From assembly GCA_963767005.1 (NCBI GenBank), contig CAVYCN010000018.1, forward strand, positions 1 to 64,000: a stretch of DNA of 64,000 nt, in the 5' to 3' direction. Source of the DNA: an uncultured Actinomycetes bacterium. Lineage in GTDB: Bacteria > Actinomycetota > Thermoleophilia > UBA2241. The translations under genes and the position numbers were made by a program. Numbering within the stretch: the stretch's first letter is position 1; every line of letters begins with the position of its first letter. This document shows positions 38,298 to 50,732 of this stretch, one piece after another. The notes under the pieces were generated by a model, which ran no database searches, was not told where the DNA came from, and saw nothing but the letters and a program-made list of their open reading frames with translations.

Positions 38298-39742
38298 GAC
38301 GTCGCCGCGATCGCCGCGTCCGTCACGGCGCAGATCTCGCGCAGGGCGGCGAGCTGGTCGTCGCTCAGGTGCGGGGCGCGGCCGGCCCGCGCGGCGAGGA
38401 CCTCCTCGACGCGCGCGACGGCCGCATCGAGCTCGGTCGTGCCCTCGGCGCGCCAGGCGTCGTAAGGCAGACGCGAGGCGACACGCGGCATGAAGTGCAC
38501 ACCGTTCCTGATCGCCTGGCGCGTGTCCTTCTCCTTCAAGAAGTTGCCGCCGATGCCCACGCGCTCCATCATATCGCGGGCGATGGTCGCCGGGCTGATC
38601 TCGATCTCGCCGAGCAGCCGGCGGATCATCGCCACGATCTCGGCATCGACCACGATCTGCGGCAGGTAGAGCGTGTTGACCGAGTCGATCAGGCCCATGC
38701 CACCGCTCAGCAGGTCGGAGCCGGCCGCCACCGTGACGAAGGCCTTGAGCGCCTTCTCGAAGCCGTCCTGCACGCCGAGATGCTTGGCGTCGGTGCCGAG
38801 GCCCGGCGTCGTGACCGGCAGGCCGAGGTCGTGCAGCACCTCGGTGAAGGCCGCGTCGTACAGGGCCCCCTCGAGGGCGCCGTAGCAGATGCTCGTCGAG
38901 CGCATGTCGAGGATGGTGCCGGACGGACCGCAGATCAGGCGCGCGCCGGGCGACAGCACCTGCAGGGCGGCGCAGGCGCCGAGCAGCTCGGCCAGGCCCT
39001 GGACGACCACGCCGGCCAGCGTGGCGGGCGCCGTCGCGCCCGAGATCGGCACGGTGTAGATCTCGATCGGTGTGCCGTGGTCGGCCAGGCGCGCGTGCAC
39101 GTCGAGCAGGCGACCGTCGAGCGACAGCGGCGAGGCCACCGTGAACAGGGTGCTGATCCGGGGCCGCCGGCGAAACTCCTCGAGGCTGCCGCAGAGCACC
39201 TCGGCGATCGCCAGCACGAGCTCGACCTCGCTCGGGCAGTCGACGAAGGTGACGTGCTTGTCGGTCTCGGTGAGGACCGTGTAGTACTCGATCTTCTCGC
39301 GCGCTTCGAGCGCCACGTCGTTGGCCGTCACCGTGGTCCACTGCACGTCGAGCTCGGGCGTCTCGTCGAGCAGGATCGTGGCCTCGCGCAGGTCGCGCAG
39401 GGTCGAGGGGCGGTGCTCGCCGCTACGGTAGTCGAGCGTGAGCGCGGCGCAGCCGGAGGGCGAGAAGCGCGACCTGCCGCCCTCGCGCAGCACGACGTCG
39501 TGCTCGGGCGTGGCGCCGCCCAGCACGATCTCGCGCGGGCACTGCCGGCGCAGCCGATCGACGAGCTCTGCCGGGAACCGCACGACGCCGGTCTCGTCGT
39601 CGACCGCCGCGCCGGCCTCGCGCAGCCGCGCCAGGTGCCGGGTACCGGCCATCCTCAGACCGACCCGCTCGAGCAAGGCGAGCGCCTCCTCGTAGACGAG
39701 GTGCTTCTCGGCGTCGCTCATCCAGGTCGTGCGGGCTTGCAT
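38294..39742 (-). CDS. Non-pyrrolysine MttB-superfamily corrinoid methyltransferase
   Basis: VASPL and SGATAPATLAG; Gly at the Pyl-equivalent site (LPVTTPGL-G-TDAK). Confidence 0.88.
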   Translation of the reverse strand: MQARTTWMSDAEKHLVYEEALALLERVGLRMAGTRHLARLREAGAAVDDETGVVRFPAELVDRLRRQCPREIVLGGATPEHDVVLREGGRSRFSPSGCAALTLDYRSGEHRPSTLRDLREATILLDETPELDVQWTTVTANDVALEAREKIEYYTVLTETDKHVTFVDCPSEVELVLAIAEVLCGSLEEFRRRPRISTLFTVASPLSLDGRLLDVHARLADHGTPIEIYTVPISGATAPATLAGVVVQGLAELLGACAALQVLSPGARLICGPSGTILDMRSTSICYGALEGALYDAAFTEVLHDLGLPVTTPGLGTDAKHLGVQDGFEKALKAFVTVAAGSDLLSGGMGLIDSVNTLYLPQIVVDAEIVAMIRRLLGEIEISPATIARDMMERVGIGGNFLKEKDTRQAIRNGVHFMPRVASRLPYDAWRAEGTTELDAAVARVEEVLAARAGRAPHLSDDQLAALREICAVTDAAIAATS

Positions 39743-39755
39743 GGCTCGTCCTCCG

Positions 39756-41585
39756 TCAGTGCCGCTTGCCGGTCCCCGGACCGTCGCCGCGCCCCGCGGC
39801 CGGGATCACCGGCAGGACCAGGTGCGAAGCGTGGCGGTGGTCGTGCCGGACGGTCTGTCGGGCCGCGCGGCGACGAGCGTCGGTGCCCGCCGGTCGGCCC
39901 GTGTTCAGGTTGCGGTCGTAGCGGCCGAAATCGCTGCTCGAGACCTCGAGCCGCAGGCTGTGTCGCCGGCCGAAGAGGTGACCCGTGGCCGCCATGTCGA
40001 CCGTGAGCCGCAGCACCTCTTCGCCATCGTATCGCGTGGTGTCGCGCTGCTCGAGCGCGCCGAGGCGCGCGATGCCCTCCTGCACGAGCTGGGCGTGGCC
40101 GTCGGGGAACACGTCGACGAGGGCCGCCGTGAAGTCGGTATCGGGCGCCGACGACGCGACGTGCAGCTCGCACGAAAGCGGACCGACGACCTCGAGCTCC
40201 TCGTCGAGCGGCGCCGTCGTGTAGACGAGCACGTCGGGCCGCGTCTCGAGCGGCCGTCGGTCGTCGAGTGCGGTCGCCATGTCCCAGATGCTGCGCGTGA
40301 GCCAGTAGTCGACCGGTCGCTCGGGGTCGTACACGAACGCGTCGGGCGGCTCGTCTCCGGGGGGCTCGGCGCTGAGGCCGCCGCCGACGCCGCCGGCCCG
40401 GCCGTCCCCGCGCAGGTACAGACGCAGCGGCTCGGCGGCCGGCAAAGGCCAGCCGTCGGCCGTGCGCCAGCGGTCGGCGCCGACCACGTAGACCTGCACG
40501 GTCGGATCGTCCTCGACGCCGTTGCGCACGCCCCGCAGCCAGCGCTCGAAGAAGCGCTCCTCGCGGTCGTAGCACCAGGCGTCGCGGTCGACCGGGATGC
40601 GGCCGACGTGCCCGGTCACGAGCGTGCTCAGGCCGTGGTCGGTCGGTCCGAGCACGAGCTGCTGCACCGTCGCCGTGGCGGTGTGCCGGGCGCTCGCCGC
40701 GGTCCAGGCGGCGAGCGAGGCGTCGAGGAACACGTCGTACCAGCCGCTCCAGTGCAGGCCGGGCACGGCGATCGGTGCCCGCGACAGGTCGCGCTCCTGC
40801 CACCACTCGTCGCGACGCGGGTGGTGCACGAGGTCCTTGAAGGCCGGGCTGCAGGTGCCCGCGGCCTCGTCCATCGTCTCGACGGGCAGGTGCCAGGGAT
40901 CGAAGCGAAAGGAGTTGAGCAGCGCCCGGGCGTTCATCTCGTAGGCCCACTCGCCGATGCCGAGCAGCGAGAAAGCGCCGCCGTGGTAGGCCGCCCGATA
41001 GAAGTCGGGCGCGGTGTCGCCGGGCGCCACGCAGCGCAGGTTGGGGTGGCCGCTCGCGGCGACGGCCCACTGCGTGATGCCGTGGTACGACTCGCCGGCC
41101 ATGCCCACGTCGCCGTTGCACCAGGGCTGGGCGGCGACCCAGTCAAGCGTGTCCCAGCCGTCGGCGGCCTCGTGCACGAGCGGCTCCCAGCGCCCGCCCG
41201 AGCCGTACTTGCCGCGCACGTCCTGCACGACGCAGCGGTAGCCCTTCCGCGCCCAGTAGGCGCCGCGGGCGTGCATATAGGGATGGTCGTCGCGGCCGTA
41301 GGGCTGGCGGATGAGCACCACCGGCAGCGGCCCGGCCGCGCCGCTGGGATGGAACACGTGGGCCCGCAACGCGACGCCGTCGCGCATCGGCACGGCGACG
41401 TCGCGCTCCACGCGGTGGCCGGCGAAACGGTCGGGCGTGCGCGTCGGCGTGACCGCACGGGGCACGACGCAGCGCCGGCGGTAGGCCTGGGCGCAGCGGC
41501 GGCCGGACCAGCGCAGCTCGGCCGTCGCTCGCGCCGCCCAGTGTCGCGCGCTCACGCCCGCCGCCTCGATGCCGAGAGCCGCCAC
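39756..41585 (-). CDS. CocE/NonD family serine hydrolase
   Basis: PMRDG, RQPYG, QDVRG, nucleophile GESYHG, GWYD and RYDRNLNTG; start uncertain. Confidence 0.9.
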   Translation of the reverse strand: MAALGIEAAGVSARHWAARATAELRWSGRRCAQAYRRRCVVPRAVTPTRTPDRFAGHRVERDVAVPMRDGVALRAHVFHPSGAAGPLPVVLIRQPYGRDDHPYMHARGAYWARKGYRCVVQDVRGKYGSGGRWEPLVHEAADGWDTLDWVAAQPWCNGDVGMAGESYHGITQWAVAASGHPNLRCVAPGDTAPDFYRAAYHGGAFSLLGIGEWAYEMNARALLNSFRFDPWHLPVETMDEAAGTCSPAFKDLVHHPRRDEWWQERDLSRAPIAVPGLHWSGWYDVFLDASLAAWTAASARHTATATVQQLVLGPTDHGLSTLVTGHVGRIPVDRDAWCYDREERFFERWLRGVRNGVEDDPTVQVYVVGADRWRTADGWPLPAAEPLRLYLRGDGRAGGVGGGLSAEPPGDEPPDAFVYDPERPVDYWLTRSIWDMATALDDRRPLETRPDVLVYTTAPLDEELEVVGPLSCELHVASSAPDTDFTAALVDVFPDGHAQLVQEGIARLGALEQRDTTRYDGEEVLRLTVDMAATGHLFGRRHSLRLEVSSSDFGRYDRNLNTGRPAGTDARRRAARQTVRHDHRHASHLVLPVIPAAGRGDGPGTGKRH

Positions 41586-41591
41586 CCCGCC

Positions 41592-43372
<1,781 letters not shown>

Positions 43373-43376
<4 letters not shown>

Positions 43377-44305
43377 CTCGCACCTGTGTCCCTGTCGATG
43401 CCGATCATCGCCCGTGAGACGCCGTCGGTCACGAGATTGGTGCCGATGGTGAGCAGCGCGATCATCAGAACGGGCACGAACACCGCCCACGGCTGCACGA
43501 TGATGGCGACCCGGTTCTCGTTGATCATGAGGCCCCAGTCGGCGGCCGGCGGCTGCATGCCGAAGCCGAGGAAGCTGAGGGCCGCGATCAGTCCGATCGA
43601 ATAGGTGAGGCGCAGGCCGAACTCGACGAGCAGCGGGCTCGTGATGTTCGGCAGGATCTCACCGACCAGGATCCTGCGGCGCGGCACGCCGAGCGCCTCG
43701 GAGGCGCGCACGAAGTCGCGGCCCACGATCTCGAGCGTGGCGCCGCGGGCGACGCGGGCGATGCGCGGCGCGTGCGTGATCGCCGTCGCCAGGACCAGCA
43801 GCCAGAGCGCGTGACCGAGCACCGAGACGAGCAGCAGGACGAACACGATCTGGGGAAAGGCGAGCAGCACGTCGAGCAGGCGCATGATGACGTCGTCGAC
43901 AGCCGCTCGCGAGTAGCCGGCCAGCAGCCCCAGGCCGACGCCCAGGACCATGGCGAGCACCGTGGCGATCACCGAAAGGCCGATCACCGTGCGACCGCCA
44001 CAGAGCACCCTGCTCAGCACGTCGCGGCCGATGCCGTCGGTGCCGAGCAACGCCTTGGCGGAGGGGCCCGAGTAGTCGGGGGCTATGCCGGTGGCAAACG
44101 GCGAGTGCGGTGCCACGTACGGCCCGATCAGGGCGACGGCGACGATCACCACGACGATGCCGAGGCCGACCCTGGTGCGGCCGAACCTGAGCGAGGCGAC
44201 GAGCATGCCGACCCACTCCCGTCTCCGACGAGTCGGCTGCGCATCGGGCGGCGCCTCGCCGGTGCCGGGGAGAAGCTCCTGGGTGTCTGGCGTGACGGCG
44301 CTCAT
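43373..44305 (-). CDS. ABC transporter permease (DppC/OppC-like)
   Basis: LLGTDGIGRDVLSR, EAA-like loop and LSFLGFG. Confidence 0.92.
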
Positions 44306-45267
44306 CGCAGACCGGTCCTGAGTCGCGGGCTGACGAGGATGGTGAGGATGTCGGCGGCGAGGTTGGCCACGACGTAGACACCGGCGATCAGCAGCGCGAT
44401 CGCCTGGATGACGGGGATGTCGCGGTTGACCACGGCATCGACGAAGCCGGCGCCGATGCCGGGGTAGTTGAAGACCCACTCGACGACCACGACGCCACCG
44501 GCAAGCCAGGCGAGCTGCAGGGCCGAGACCTGGATGGCCGGGATCACCGCGTTGGGCAGGGCGTGCCGCGACATGACGGTGCGCTCGGGCATGCCCTTGA
44601 GACGAGCCATCTGCACGTAGTCGCTCTCGAGCACCTCGATCATCGAGGCGCGCAGGATGCGGCTGATGTACGGCGCCACCGCCAGGACGAGGGTGGCCAC
44701 CGGCAGCACGAGCAGGTTGAGTTGGCTCCAGATCGAGGCGTTCGGGTCGATCCGCGACACCCCCGGCATGACGTGGAGCACGTTGGTGGCCAGGAAGAAG
44801 AGCAGCAGCATGGCGATGACGAACTCGGGCATCGCCGCCAGGGCGAGCGAGCCCACCGAGGTCGTGAGGTCGAACAGCGAGTCGCGCCATAGGGCGGCGA
44901 GCGAGCCGATCAGGATCGAGACCGGGATGCTCACGATGGCCGCGAAGAGCACGAGCAGCGCCGAGTTCGTGACGCGCGATCTCAGGAGCGACGTGACCGA
45001 CACACCCGATGCCGTCGAGGTGCCGAGATTCCCCGAGGCGATGTCCTTGAGCCAGATGCCGTACTGGACGTAGCGCGGCCGGTTCAGGTGGAGCTGCAGG
45101 CGCAGCGCGTTGTACATCGCCTTGTCGGCGGCCTGCTTGCCGAGGATCGCCCGCGCGGGATCGCCCGGCAGCGCCTGCGTCGCGGCGAAGATGACGACCG
45201 AGACCAGGAACAGCGTGAGGACGCCCAGGGCAAGCCGGCGAAGGATGAGTTTCAACAGCGGTGGCAC
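44302..45267 (-). CDS. ABC transporter permease (DppB/OppB-like)
   Basis: LPGDPA, DYVQMARLKG, HALPNA and VEWVFNYPGIG. Confidence 0.92.
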   Translation of the reverse strand: MPPLLKLILRRLALGVLTLFLVSVVIFAATQALPGDPARAILGKQAADKAMYNALRLQLHLNRPRYVQYGIWLKDIASGNLGTSTASGVSVTSLLRSRVTNSALLVLFAAIVSIPVSILIGSLAALWRDSLFDLTTSVGSLALAAMPEFVIAMLLLFFLATNVLHVMPGVSRIDPNASIWSQLNLLVLPVATLVLAVAPYISRILRASMIEVLESDYVQMARLKGMPERTVMSRHALPNAVIPAIQVSALQLAWLAGGVVVVEWVFNYPGIGAGFVDAVVNRDIPVIQAIALLIAGVYVVANLAADILTILVSPRLRTGLR

Positions 45268-45294
45268 GCCGCTCCCCCCTTCGATAGCGGGACC

Positions 45295-45335
45295 GCCCCG
45301 GCGCCCCGGCCCGTGGCGGGCCGGGGCGCCGGGGC
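45295..45335. repeat. 18-bp GC hairpin after the solute-binding protein gene (mRNA stabiliser or attenuator)
   Basis: GCCCCGGCGCCCCGGCCC/GGGCCGGGGCGCCGGGGC. Confidence 0.6.
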
Positions 45336-45355
45336 TCGCGCCCCTTCAGCTTCGA

Positions 45356-46966
45356 TCAGACGAAGTAGAACTTGTTGAAGTGGAAGCTCGAGAGCGGCAC
45401 GCCGCCCTTGTCGGGCACGACGCCGCCGAGCTTGGCGCTGAAGGCGTCGGTCTGGTCGTTGAACGCCCAGACAATGAGGCCGCCCCGCTCCTGCTCGATG
45501 GTCTGCGCCTCGCCGACGAGCTGGTCGCGCGCGGTCTTGTCGCCGGTCTTGAATGCCTGCTGCACGACCTTGAGCCACTGGGCATCCTTCCAGTGGGTCT
45601 CGTTGAACGGTGCGGTCGGCAGCGTGCCCTGGGCGGTCTGAGCCAGGTAGTTGCGGGTGTACCAGAAATCCTGGGCAAAGGGCCAGGTGAGGTACTGGTT
45701 GCCGTAGAAGATGCTGGCGTCGACCTTGTTCACGTCGACCGTGACACCGGCCGCCTTGGCCTGCTGAGCAAAGACCTGGGCGGCGAGGACGGCCGAGCCA
45801 CCGACCGCGTCGGACGTGGTCAGGGTGACCTTGAGGTCGTTGTTGTAGCCCGCCTGGCTGAGCAGCGACTTGGCCTTCTCGATGTCCTGCACGCGCTGCT
45901 GCAGTTGCGGCGTGCCGGGGTCGAACGGCGCGTACATGTCGTTGCCGGCCCAGCCGTAGCTGTTGTAGGCCTGCGAGATCATCGCCTGGCGGTCGATCAT
46001 CAGGCGGAATGCCTGACGTACGCGCACGTCGTTGAAGGGCTTGACGTCCATGCGCATGGTGAAGGGCTGCCAGGCGCCGGTGTGGGCGTCGAGCACCTTC
46101 ATGCCCTGGGCCTGGACGACCTTGACCTGCGAGCTCGGCAGGTCGGAGATCGCGTCGACGTTGCCGCCCAGCAGGGCGTTCACGCGGGCCGTCGGGTCGC
46201 CGAACTCGATGATCGTGAGCTGGTCGACGTGCGGCGCCTCGCCCCAGTACTCCTTGTTGGCCGCGAAGACGATCTGCTGGCCGGGCGAGAAGCTGCTGAG
46301 CTTGAAGGGGCCGGTGCCTATGGGCTGCTTCGGGTTGAAGCTCTGCGGCACGATGGTGTTGCCGTAGACGGCCATCGCCTCGTCGAAGACGGAGTTCGGC
46401 GCGTCGAGGGTGAACTGCACCGTGCTCGCGTCGACCTTCCTGATGCCGCTCGCTTTGAGTGCCGCGAGCTGAGTGGCACCCATCTTCGGGTTCTTGGGGT
46501 CGATGATGCGCTTGTAGCTGTAGACCACGTCGTCGGCCGTCATCGGCGTGCCGTCGTGGAAGACGACGCCGCTGCGCAGCTTGACGGTCCAAACCGTGGC
46601 GTCGGTGTTCGGCGTGACCTCCTCGGCCAGGAGGTTCACCAGCTTGTAGTCCTGGTCCCAGCCGAGCAGCGCGTCGTAGAGCTGGAACGTGATGGCGATC
46701 TCGGGCTCGGTCGTGGCGAGCTGGCCGTCGAGGTGCTCGTTCGCCGAGCCGCCGACGATGCCGATCCGCAGGTTGCCGCCCTGCTTCGGCGTCGCCGAGC
46801 TCGACGCGCTCGAGCCCGAGCTGCTGCTCGTGTTGCTGCCGCACGCGGCGAGCACCGAGGCGAGACTGACGCCGGCCCCCGCAACCAGGGCCCCCTTCAG
46901 CACGTCGCGCCGGGTGTACTTCGCGTCCGTGAAGTTGAGCGGGAACGAACGGTCTGCTCCGTCCAC
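45356..46966 (-). CDS. ABC transporter family-5 solute-binding lipoprotein with Tat signal
   Basis: TRRDVLKG twin-arginine motif and LAAC lipobox; FHDGTPMTADDV, GTGPF and DVRVRQAF. Confidence 0.92.
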   Translation of the reverse strand: MDGADRSFPLNFTDAKYTRRDVLKGALVAGAGVSLASVLAACGSNTSSSSGSSASSSATPKQGGNLRIGIVGGSANEHLDGQLATTEPEIAITFQLYDALLGWDQDYKLVNLLAEEVTPNTDATVWTVKLRSGVVFHDGTPMTADDVVYSYKRIIDPKNPKMGATQLAALKASGIRKVDASTVQFTLDAPNSVFDEAMAVYGNTIVPQSFNPKQPIGTGPFKLSSFSPGQQIVFAANKEYWGEAPHVDQLTIIEFGDPTARVNALLGGNVDAISDLPSSQVKVVQAQGMKVLDAHTGAWQPFTMRMDVKPFNDVRVRQAFRLMIDRQAMISQAYNSYGWAGNDMYAPFDPGTPQLQQRVQDIEKAKSLLSQAGYNNDLKVTLTTSDAVGGSAVLAAQVFAQQAKAAGVTVDVNKVDASIFYGNQYLTWPFAQDFWYTRNYLAQTAQGTLPTAPFNETHWKDAQWLKVVQQAFKTGDKTARDQLVGEAQTIEQERGGLIVWAFNDQTDAFSAKLGGVVPDKGGVPLSSFHFNKFYFV

Positions 46967-47131
46967 TGCGCACTCCCCCCTATCCTGACTTGACGTCGTC
47001 GTCGAGCCCGAGCCTGCAACCGGCGAGGCCACGGTCAGCGAGGCGAGACGTCCACGCGACCCCGTCGGCCGCAGGTCCGGCCCCGGCCCCGGGACGATGA
47101 GCCCCGGGCAACTGCCGGACCCTGCGGATTC

Positions 47132-47239
47132 ATCCACCTGGGTGGTTTGACGAATGCTATCAGCGCCGGCGGCGTTGTCAATACCGTCGTGACGAGCGAG
47201 CTATCCTATGCCGGAATGGCCTCTCCACCTGTGTGGGAT
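47132..47239 (-). promoter_or_regulatory. ABC-operon promoter flanked by two copies of the CCACC-N2-GGTGG operator
   Basis: Minus strand TTGACA (47176-47181)-16 nt-TAGCAT (47154-47159). ATCCACCTGGGTGG lies at 47132-47145 and TCCACCTGTGTGGGAT at 47224-47239. Confidence 0.7.
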
Positions 47240-47326
47240 GGGGCGCCTGCCGGGCCCCCGCTGCCGTCGTCCCAGCCGCCACCGTCCCCATTGCCGCCCG
47301 CAGCGGCGGCCGGTACGCTTGCGGCC

Positions 47327-48289
47327 ATGGACGACCGCTTGCGCGTGCTGCTCGTGTCCAACATGTACCCGACGCCGACGCGACCCGCTTTCGGCGTGTT
47401 CGTCGCCGACCAGGTCGCGGCCCTGCGGGCCACCGGCGAGGTCGACGTCGAGCTGTTTACCTGGGACGCCGGCGGGCGGCCCTGGCGCTACGCCCTCGCC
47501 GGCCTCGAGCTCGCCCTCACGCGCGTCCGCGCCGACGTCGTGCACGCCCACTACGGCCTGTCCGGCGCCGTCGCCCTGGCGAGCTCGACGCGCGCGCCCC
47601 TCGTGCTCACGGTCCACGGGCGCGACTGCCACCAGCCTGTGGTCAGGCGGCTGACCGCCCTCGTCGCACGGCGCGCCGCCGCCGTCGTGGCCGTGTCGGA
47701 CGAGCTCGCCGGGCACTGCCCGTTCCCGGTGCGCGCCGTGATCCCGCCGGGTGTCGACCTCGAGCTGTTCCGGCCTCTCCCCCGCGCTGAGGCGTGCGCC
47801 CGGCTGGGTCTGCCCGACGACCCCGCACGGCGACTGATCGTCTTTCCGGCCGACCCGGCGCGCCCCGAGAAGCGCTTCGCCGACGCCGCCGCGCTCGTCG
47901 CCCGCGTCGCGGTGGCGCGGCCCGGCGTCGAGCTGCGGCCGGTCTTCGGCCGGCCGCGCGCCGAGATGCCGCTCTGGCTGAACGCGGCCGACGCCGTCGT
48001 CGTCACCTCGGAGCGCGAGGGGTACGGCCTCGCCTGCGTCGAGGCGCTGGCCTGCGACGTGCCGGTGCTCTCCACGCCGGTCGGCATCGCGCTGCGCCTG
48101 CTGCCGGCCGTCGAGGGCTGCCTGTGCGCGCGCTTCGACGTCGCGTGCTGGGGGACGCACCTCGAAGCGCTGCTTGGCGGGGATGGCCGAGTCGCCGGCC
48201 GAGCCACGGCCGAGACGCAGAGTCTCGCCGGGTCAGCCCGCCGGCTGCTCGAGCTCTACCGCGCGCTTCAGACCGGCGTGACGAGGTAG
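47327..48289 (+). CDS. Glycosyltransferase family 4 (GT-B)
   Basis: SNMYP, VHAHYG and EGYGLACVEALAC. Confidence 0.85.
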   Translation: MDDRLRVLLVSNMYPTPTRPAFGVFVADQVAALRATGEVDVELFTWDAGGRPWRYALAGLELALTRVRADVVHAHYGLSGAVALASSTRAPLVLTVHGRDCHQPVVRRLTALVARRAAAVVAVSDELAGHCPFPVRAVIPPGVDLELFRPLPRAEACARLGLPDDPARRLIVFPADPARPEKRFADAAALVARVAVARPGVELRPVFGRPRAEMPLWLNAADAVVVTSEREGYGLACVEALACDVPVLSTPVGIALRLLPAVEGCLCARFDVACWGTHLEALLGGDGRVAGRATAETQSLAGSARRLLELYRALQTGVTR

Positions 48290-48501
48290 CCGGCGACCTG
48301 GTCGTCGGCGACCAGCACGCCGGCGAGCGCGCCGCTGTGGGTCACCGGAGCGTGCAGCCGGTACTCCGCGCCGCCGATGTTCACCACGTGGCCGCGCCGG
48401 GCCGCGAAGGGAAGGCAGAGGCGAGGGGCGATACCGCTCCGGCGCACGTCACAGACGGCCGCCCTGAAGGCGGTGTAGTCGATGTGGCCGTTCGTCGTCA
48501 C
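48268..48501 (-). CDS. Hypothetical small protein (77 aa)
   Basis: GAGG RBS before the GTG start, downstream of hypE; overlaps the GT4 3' end by 22 nt. Confidence 0.4.
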   Translation of the reverse strand: MTTNGHIDYTAFRAAVCDVRRSGIAPRLCLPFAARRGHVVNIGGAEYRLHAPVTHSGALAGVLVADDQVAGYLVTPV

Positions 48502-48597
48502 ACCTCGGGTATCGGACGGGGCGCGGGCATCCTTGATGGAGCCTGGGACAGGCTCCGTGCCCTACTCTGGCGACAGTCCGGGCGACCGCCTGGGGGC

Positions 48598-49632
48598 TCA
48601 GCAGATGCGCGGCAGCAGCTCGCCGACCGGCATATCGATCACCCGGCGGGTGCCGAACGCGGTGCGCAGCGCGACCCGGCCGCGATGCCCCTCGACGATC
48701 GTGCCGATGCACGCTGCGCGGGCGCCCTCGGGGCGCCCGCGCAGCGCCGCGAGCACCGCGCCGGCCGCGTCGGGGGCCACGGCGAACAGCATCTTGCCCT
48801 CGTTGGCAAGGGCGAGCGGGTCGTAGCCGAGCAGCTCGCAGGCGGAGCGCACCGCCGGCGACACCGGCAGCGCCTCCTCGTCGACCTCGACCCCGAGGCC
48901 CGCCTCTTCGGCGAGCTCGGCGAGCACGGTGGCCAGACCGCCGCGAGTAGGGTCGCGCATGAAGTGCACGCCGCCGCCGGCGGCCGCCAGGGCGGCCTCG
49001 ACCAAGTGCCAGAGCGGGGCGCAGTCGCTGCGCACGTCGAGGCTCAGGTTGAAGTCGCCGCGGGCGGCCACCACGGCCAGGGCATGGTCGCCGAGCGTGC
49101 CCGAGATCAGCAGCGCGTCGCCGAGGGCGACGGCCGCCGCCGAGACCTCGTGGTCGACCACGATCTCGCCCACGCCGGTCGTCGTGATGAACAGGCCGTC
49201 CGCGGCGCCGCGCTGCACCACCTTGGTGTCGCCGGTCACGATCGCGACCGGCGCCTCGGCGGCGGTCGCGGCCATGCTGGCGCAGACCTCGTGCAGGCGG
49301 GCCAGCTCGAAGCCCTCTTCGATGACGAAGGCGGCGGCGAGGCCCAGCGGCCTCGCCGCCGCCGTCGCCAGGTCGTTCACGGTGCCGGCCACCGCCAGGC
49401 GGCCGATGTCGCCGCCGGCGAAGGTGAGCGGCTGCACGACGTGGGCGTCGGTGGTGAGCGCCACGCGGCCGCTCACCGCCAGGGCGGCGGCGTCGTCGAG
49501 GCGCGCCAGCACGGGATTGTCGAAGTGGCGTAGGAACACGTCGCGCACCAGGTCGCGATACAGGCGGCCGCCGCTGCCGTGCCCGAGCAGGACGCGCGGC
49601 TCGCCGTCGGCCGCGCGTCCGCCGTCAGACAT
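48598..49632 (-). CDS. hypE: Hydrogenase maturation protein HypE
   Basis: HGSGG, GTVNDLA, GDTKVV, MRDPTRGG and C-terminal LPRIC. Confidence 0.95.
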   Translation of the reverse strand: MSDGGRAADGEPRVLLGHGSGGRLYRDLVRDVFLRHFDNPVLARLDDAAALAVSGRVALTTDAHVVQPLTFAGGDIGRLAVAGTVNDLATAAARPLGLAAAFVIEEGFELARLHEVCASMAATAAEAPVAIVTGDTKVVQRGAADGLFITTTGVGEIVVDHEVSAAAVALGDALLISGTLGDHALAVVAARGDFNLSLDVRSDCAPLWHLVEAALAAAGGGVHFMRDPTRGGLATVLAELAEEAGLGVEVDEEALPVSPAVRSACELLGYDPLALANEGKMLFAVAPDAAGAVLAALRGRPEGARAACIGTIVEGHRGRVALRTAFGTRRVIDMPVGELLPRIC

Positions 49633-50725
49633 CGCCGTCCTCCGGCTCCTCGATCGCCCGATAGCGGAAGTGCGCGGCGCAGGAGCCCTCGCTCGACACC
49701 ATGCAGGCGCCGACCGGCGTCTCGGGCGTGCAGCGCCGTCCGAACAGGGCGCACTGCGCGGGGTCGATCAGACCGCGCAGCACCTCGCCGCAGCGGCACC
49801 CGCGCGGCTCGATCGGCTCGCCGGGGTCGACGGAGAAGCGTTCCTCGGCGGCGAGGTCGCGGTACTCGGCGGCGAGGCGCAGACCGGAGCCCGGGATCGG
49901 CCCGAGACCGCGCCAGACCGCGTCGCAGGGCTCGAACACGCGCGCGAGGAGCTCCTGGGCGACGCGGTTGCCGGCCGGCGCCACGGCGCGCCGGTAGCCG
50001 TTCTCGATCGCCGGCCGGGCCTGCCGGGCGAGCATGAGCAGCGCCTCGAGCACGTCGTCGGGGCCGAAGCCGGCGACCACCCCGCCGACGCCGTAGTCGG
50101 AGACGAGGAACCGGTAGGCGTCGCTGCCGGTGACCACACTGACGTGGCCCGGCAGGATGAAGCCGTCGATGCGCGACTCGCCCGCGTCGAGCAGCGCTCG
50201 CAGGGCGCCCGGCATCGTCTTGTGCAGGCTGAGCACGGAGAAATTGGCGAGGTGGCGCTCGCGGGCCAGCACGACGGCGCCGGCCACGGTCGGGGCGGTC
50301 GTCTCGAAGCCGATGCCGGCCAGCACGAACTGGCGGTCGGGCTCGGCGGCCGCCAGGTCGAGCGCGTCGAGCGGCGAGTAGACCACGCGCACGTCGGCCC
50401 CGGCGGCGCGCTCGCGCGCGAGGCTGCTACGCGAGCTCGGCACGCGCACGAGGTCGCCGAAGGTGACGATCGTGACCTCGGGCAGGCGCGCGAGGGCGAC
50501 GACGACATCGAGGTCGCCGACGGCCGTCACGCAGACCGGACAGCCGGGCCCGGACACCAGGCCCACGCCCGGCGGCAGCAGGTCGCGCAGACCGTAGCGC
50601 GAGATCGCCATCGTGTGGGTGCCGCAGACCTCCATGTAGGTGCGGTCTCCCCCACCGACGCTCGCCAGGGCCGCGGCGAGACCGGCGATGCGCGCGGCGT
50701 CGGGCGTTCTGGTCGGCCCGGCCAC
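49625..50725 (-). CDS. hypD: Hydrogenase maturation protein HypD
   Basis: MEVCGTHT, GPGCPVC, GFETT, PGHVS and CMVSSEGSCAA. Confidence 0.95.
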   Translation of the reverse strand: MAGPTRTPDAARIAGLAAALASVGGGDRTYMEVCGTHTMAISRYGLRDLLPPGVGLVSGPGCPVCVTAVGDLDVVVALARLPEVTIVTFGDLVRVPSSRSSLARERAAGADVRVVYSPLDALDLAAAEPDRQFVLAGIGFETTAPTVAGAVVLARERHLANFSVLSLHKTMPGALRALLDAGESRIDGFILPGHVSVVTGSDAYRFLVSDYGVGGVVAGFGPDDVLEALLMLARQARPAIENGYRRAVAPAGNRVAQELLARVFEPCDAVWRGLGPIPGSGLRLAAEYRDLAAEERFSVDPGEPIEPRGCRCGEVLRGLIDPAQCALFGRRCTPETPVGACMVSSEGSCAAHFRYRAIEEPEDGDV

Positions 50726-50732
50726 GGCGCTC